Below are positions 60,082-64,000 of a stretch of 64,000 nt of DNA, in pieces. The first letter of the stretch is position 1. Each line of letters opens with the position of its first letter. A program made the translations under genes and the position numbers. The DNA comes from Heptranchias perlo (lineage: Eukaryota): assembly GCF_035084215.1 (NCBI RefSeq), contig NC_090339.1, forward strand, positions 25,730,001 to 25,794,000, read 5' to 3'. The notes under the pieces were generated by a model. It was not told the origin of the DNA, searched no databases, and worked only from the letters and a program-made list of their open reading frames with translations.

Positions 60082-61832
60082 TTTTTTTTTTTATTATTCA
60101 TTCATGGGATGGGGGCGTCGCTGGCAAGGCCAGCACTTATTGCCCATCCCTAATTGCCCTTGAGAAGATGGTGGTGGTGAGCCACCTTCTTGAACCACTG
60201 CAGTCCTTGTTAGGTAGGGAGTTCCAGGATTTTGACCCAGTGACAATGAAGGAACAACGATATATTTCCAAGTCGGGATGGTGTGTGACTTGGAGAGGAA
60301 CATTCAGGTGGTGTTGTTCCCATGCACCTGTTGCCCTTGTCCTTCTAGGTGGTAGAGGTTGCAGGTTTGGGAGATGCTGTCGAAGAAGCCTTGGCAAGTT
60401 GCTGCAGTGCATCTTGTAGATGGTACACACCGCAGCCACGGTGTGCCGGTGGTGGAGGGAGTGAATGTTTAAGGTGGCAATAAAGCTGCTTTGTCCCGGA
60501 TGGTGTTGAGCTTCTTCAGTGTTGTTGAAGCTGCACTCATCCAGGGCAAGTGGAGAGTATTCTATCACACTCCTGACTTGCGCCTTGTGGACGGTGGAAA
60601 GGCTTTGGGGAGTCAGGAGGTGAGTCATTCGGCACAGTGTACCCAACCTCTGATCTGCCGTTGTAGCCACAGTATTTATATGGCTGGTCCAGTTAAGTTT
60701 CTGATCAGTGGTGACTCCCAGGATGTTGATGGTGGGGGATTCGGCGATGGTAATGCCGTTGAATGTCAAGTGGTTAGACTCTCTTGTTGGAGATGGTCAT
60801 TGCCTGGCACTTTTTTGGTGCGAATGTTACTTGGCACTTATCAGCCCAAGTCTGGATGTTGTCCAGGTCTCGCTGCATGCGGGCATGAACTATTTTGTTA
60901 TCTGAGGGGTTGCAAATGAAACTGAACACTGCAATCATCAGCGAGCATCCCCATTTCTGACCTTATGACTGAGGGAAGGTCATTGATGAAGCAGCTGAAG
61001 ATGGTTGGGCCTAGGACACTGCCCTGAGGAACTCCTGCAGTGATGTCCTGTGGCTGAGATGATTGGCCTCCAACAACCACTACCATCTTCCTTTATGCCA
61101 GGTATGACTCCAGCCACTGGCGATTTTTCCCTCCAATTCCCATTGACTTTAATTTTACTAGGGCTCCTTGATGCCACACTTCGTCAAATGCTGCATTGAT
61201 GTCAAGGGCAGTCAGCTCTTTTGTCCATGTTTGGACCAAGGCTGTACTGAGGTCTGGAGCCGAGTGGTCCTGGCGGATCCCACCTGAGCATGGATGAGCA
61301 GGTTATTGGTGAGTAAGTGCCACTTGATAGCACTGTCGATGACACCTTCCATCACTTTGCTGATAATTGTTAGTAGACTGATGGGGCGGTAATTGGCTGG
61401 ATTGGGTTTGTCCTGCTTTTTGTGGACAGGACATACCAGGGCAATTTTTGACTTTGTCGGGTAGCTGCCAGTGTTGTAGCTGTACTGAAACAGCATGGTT
61501 ACAGGTGTGGCTAGTTCTGGAGCACAAGTCTTCAGCACTACAGCTGGGATGTTGACGGGGGCCATAGCCTTTGCTGTATCCAGTGCACTCAGCCGTTTCC
61601 TGATGTCACGTGGAGTGAATCGAATTGGCTGAAGATTGGCTTCTGTGATGGTGGGGATCTCGCGAGGAGGCTGAGATGGATCATCTGCTTGGCACTTCTG
61701 GCTGTAGATGGTTGCAAACGCTTCAGCCTTGATTTTTGCACTCATGTGCTGGGCTCCACCATCATTGAGGATGGGGATGTTCATGGGAGCCTCCTCCTCC
61801 CGTTAGTTGTTTAATTGTCTACTACCATTCAC
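60082..61832 (-). mobile_element. CR1/L2-group LINE (Zenon-like family)
   Basis: Reverse complement of the 39.4-42 kb family ([18 protein letters not shown]); A-tail appears as a T-run at 60082. Confidence 0.9.
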
Positions 61833-62775
61833 TGTGGTCACCCTTTAAGTCACCTTTTAAAGTCCTAACTGTGCATTATATTTATTATTCGTGGGGTTTT
61901 GTTAGGTTGGTTATATTGGCTTTGCCTTGGAATTTGAAGATTTTTGGCTTCAGATTGTAGATTCTTGTGTAAAAATAAATGCCATGAGTGTACTGGAACA
62001 GCACACATTCCAGGAGGGCTGATAGTGGAGAGCTGCCACTGTTATCGCCCTAGCCAGGATCATGTGAGTATACAGAAATGTACATGGCATGTAGAAAATA
62101 CCATCGCTTGTACTGGGCCACAATGGGTAGACTGATTTACAATTCATAACTTTATTGTATATGTGTCAAAGTTTAAAGAGTTTGTCATGTATCTGTCAGT
62201 ACCTTTCTACCTTTTGCTTCTTTAATTGATGACTTAGAACAAAATGTTATCTTGACGTGGAGAAGAGGGAGATCCAATGTTATGGCTTTCAGGTGTTTAG
62301 GGTATAGCCCAGATTACCTCTAAAAGGAACCAACTTGTTTTACTGTACAGTGCTAGAGAATACATCTGGAGTATCCCAATTGATGTTGAGATCAAGATGT
62401 TTTTTGGTATAGAGTTATCCAAGGTTACTCTGGTTTCTGATGAGCTGTGATGTGCCACATTTTTCCTTAATGTTTGGTTTTAAACAATTCCACAAACCTG
62501 TGTGAAGATCTCAGATGAGATTTTTAAGAGCATTGTCCCAATGAAGTATTTCAAAGACGATGAAGGCATTTCCAGGGCAAGAGATTGGTCATTGTAACAA
62601 TGCCCTTTTTAAGCTAGAAACTAAGGAGTGCACAAGAGTGACACTAAATGATTTGCTTGCCAGTCTTCCTTCAACCTTTTGAATGAGCACTTTGCCCGAT
62701 GACCAGCCCAACACTGAGAACTCGCATGTGGGAAAACATATGGGTAAAGACACATATCCTGTAATCTGTAGCATA

Positions 62776-63745
62776 GCCAACCATCTTCAGCTGCTTCATC
62801 AATGACCTTCCCTCCATCATAAGGTCAGAAATGGGGATGTTCGCTGATGATTGCACAGTGTTCAGTTCCATTCGCAACCCCTCAAATAATGAAGCAGTCC
62901 GAGCCCGCATGCAGCAAGACCTGGATAACATCCAGGCTTGGGCTGATAAGTGGCAAGTAACATTCGTGCCAGACAAGTGCCAGGCAATGACCATCTCCAA
63001 CAAGAGAGAGTCTAACCACCTCCCCTTGACATTCAACAGCATTACCATCGCCGAATCCCCCACCATCAACATCCTGGGGGTCACCATTGACCAGAAACTT
63101 AACTGGACCAGCCAAATAAATACTGTGGCTACAAGAGCAGGTCAGAGGCTGGGTATTCTGTGGCGAGTGACTCACCTCCTGACTCCCCAAAGCCTTTCCA
63201 CCATCTACAAGGCACAAGTCAGGAGTGTGATGGAATACTCTCCACTTGCCTGGATGAGTGCAGCTCCAACAACACTCAAGAAGCTCAACATCATCCAGGA
63301 CAAAGCAGCCCGCTTGACCGGTACCCCATCCACCACCCTAAACATTCACTCCCTTCACCACCGGCGCACAGTGGCTGCAGTGTGTACCATACACAGGATG
63401 CACTGCGGCAACTCGCCAAGGCTTCTTCGACAGCACCTCCCAAACCCGCGACCTCTACCACCTAGAAGGACAAGAGCAGCAGGTACATTGGAACAACACG
63501 ACCTGCACATTCCCCTCCAAGTCACACACCATCCCGACTTGGAAATACATCGCCGTTCCTTCATCGTTGCTGGGTCAAAATCCTGGAACTCCCTTCCTAA
63601 CAGCACTGTGGGAGAACCTTCACCACACGGACTGCAGCAGTTCAAGAAGGCGGCTCACCACCACCTTCTCAAGGGCAATTAGGGATGGGCAATAAATGCC
63701 GGCCTCGCCAGCGACGCCCACATCCCATGAACGAATAAAAAAAAA
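62776..63745 (+). mobile_element. CR1/L2-group LINE (Zenon-like family), 3' portion
   Basis: Open ORF 62831-63682 (FADD...WADKWQVTF...WNSLP) with the family 3' tail and poly-A. Confidence 0.9.
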
Positions 63746-64000
63746 TTACATCACCCTGTACATAGAGGAGACTGAGGAAATCCTGGAGGCAATTTTTTGT
63801 TTGAGCGTATATCGGGCGGGCGGTGGGCAGGGCATGCGATGTGCCTGCCTAAAGGCGTCAGCATAGGGTCCATATCATTATCATGGCCAGGCGTCATTTA
63901 CATTCAGTTGGATAACCGCCAGTGCAAAATGCATTCCCTAATGTGGCTCGCGATCTGGAGGTGAGAAATCCAGCAGGGCGGCAAATTTTGAAGGGTCTAC

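Overview
Vertebrate genomic DNA, most likely a shark or other cartilaginous fish (inferred from the CR1/L2/Deu-type SINE/Penelope repeat landscape). Reading the splice sites by hand gives three complete genes in the order of the human Xq28 block: FUNDC2 (+, 5 coding exons, 151 aa), CMC4 (-, 2 coding exons, 60 aa, absent from the ORF track) and BRCC3 (+, 8 coding exons, 261 aa, with an AT-AC minor-spliceosome intron). They are followed by what looks like coding exon 1 of a monoamine oxidase (MAO)-family gene. Almost all long ORFs in the supplied track come from retroelements. Most notable: (1) a MAO-like gene beside FUNDC2/BRCC3, mirroring the FUNDC1-MAOA/B linkage, so possibly a retained ohnolog; (2) a diverged duplicate of the last BRCC3 exon that has its own in-frame acceptor; (3) a 222-bp perfect inverted repeat bracketing FUNDC2 exon 3; (4) a young inverted-arm Penelope element with a target-site duplication and minimal hammerhead ribozyme motifs; (5) a cluster of RFX X-box-like motifs at the CMC4/BRCC3 head-to-head promoter. 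All coordinates and alignments were done by eye; no database searches were run.
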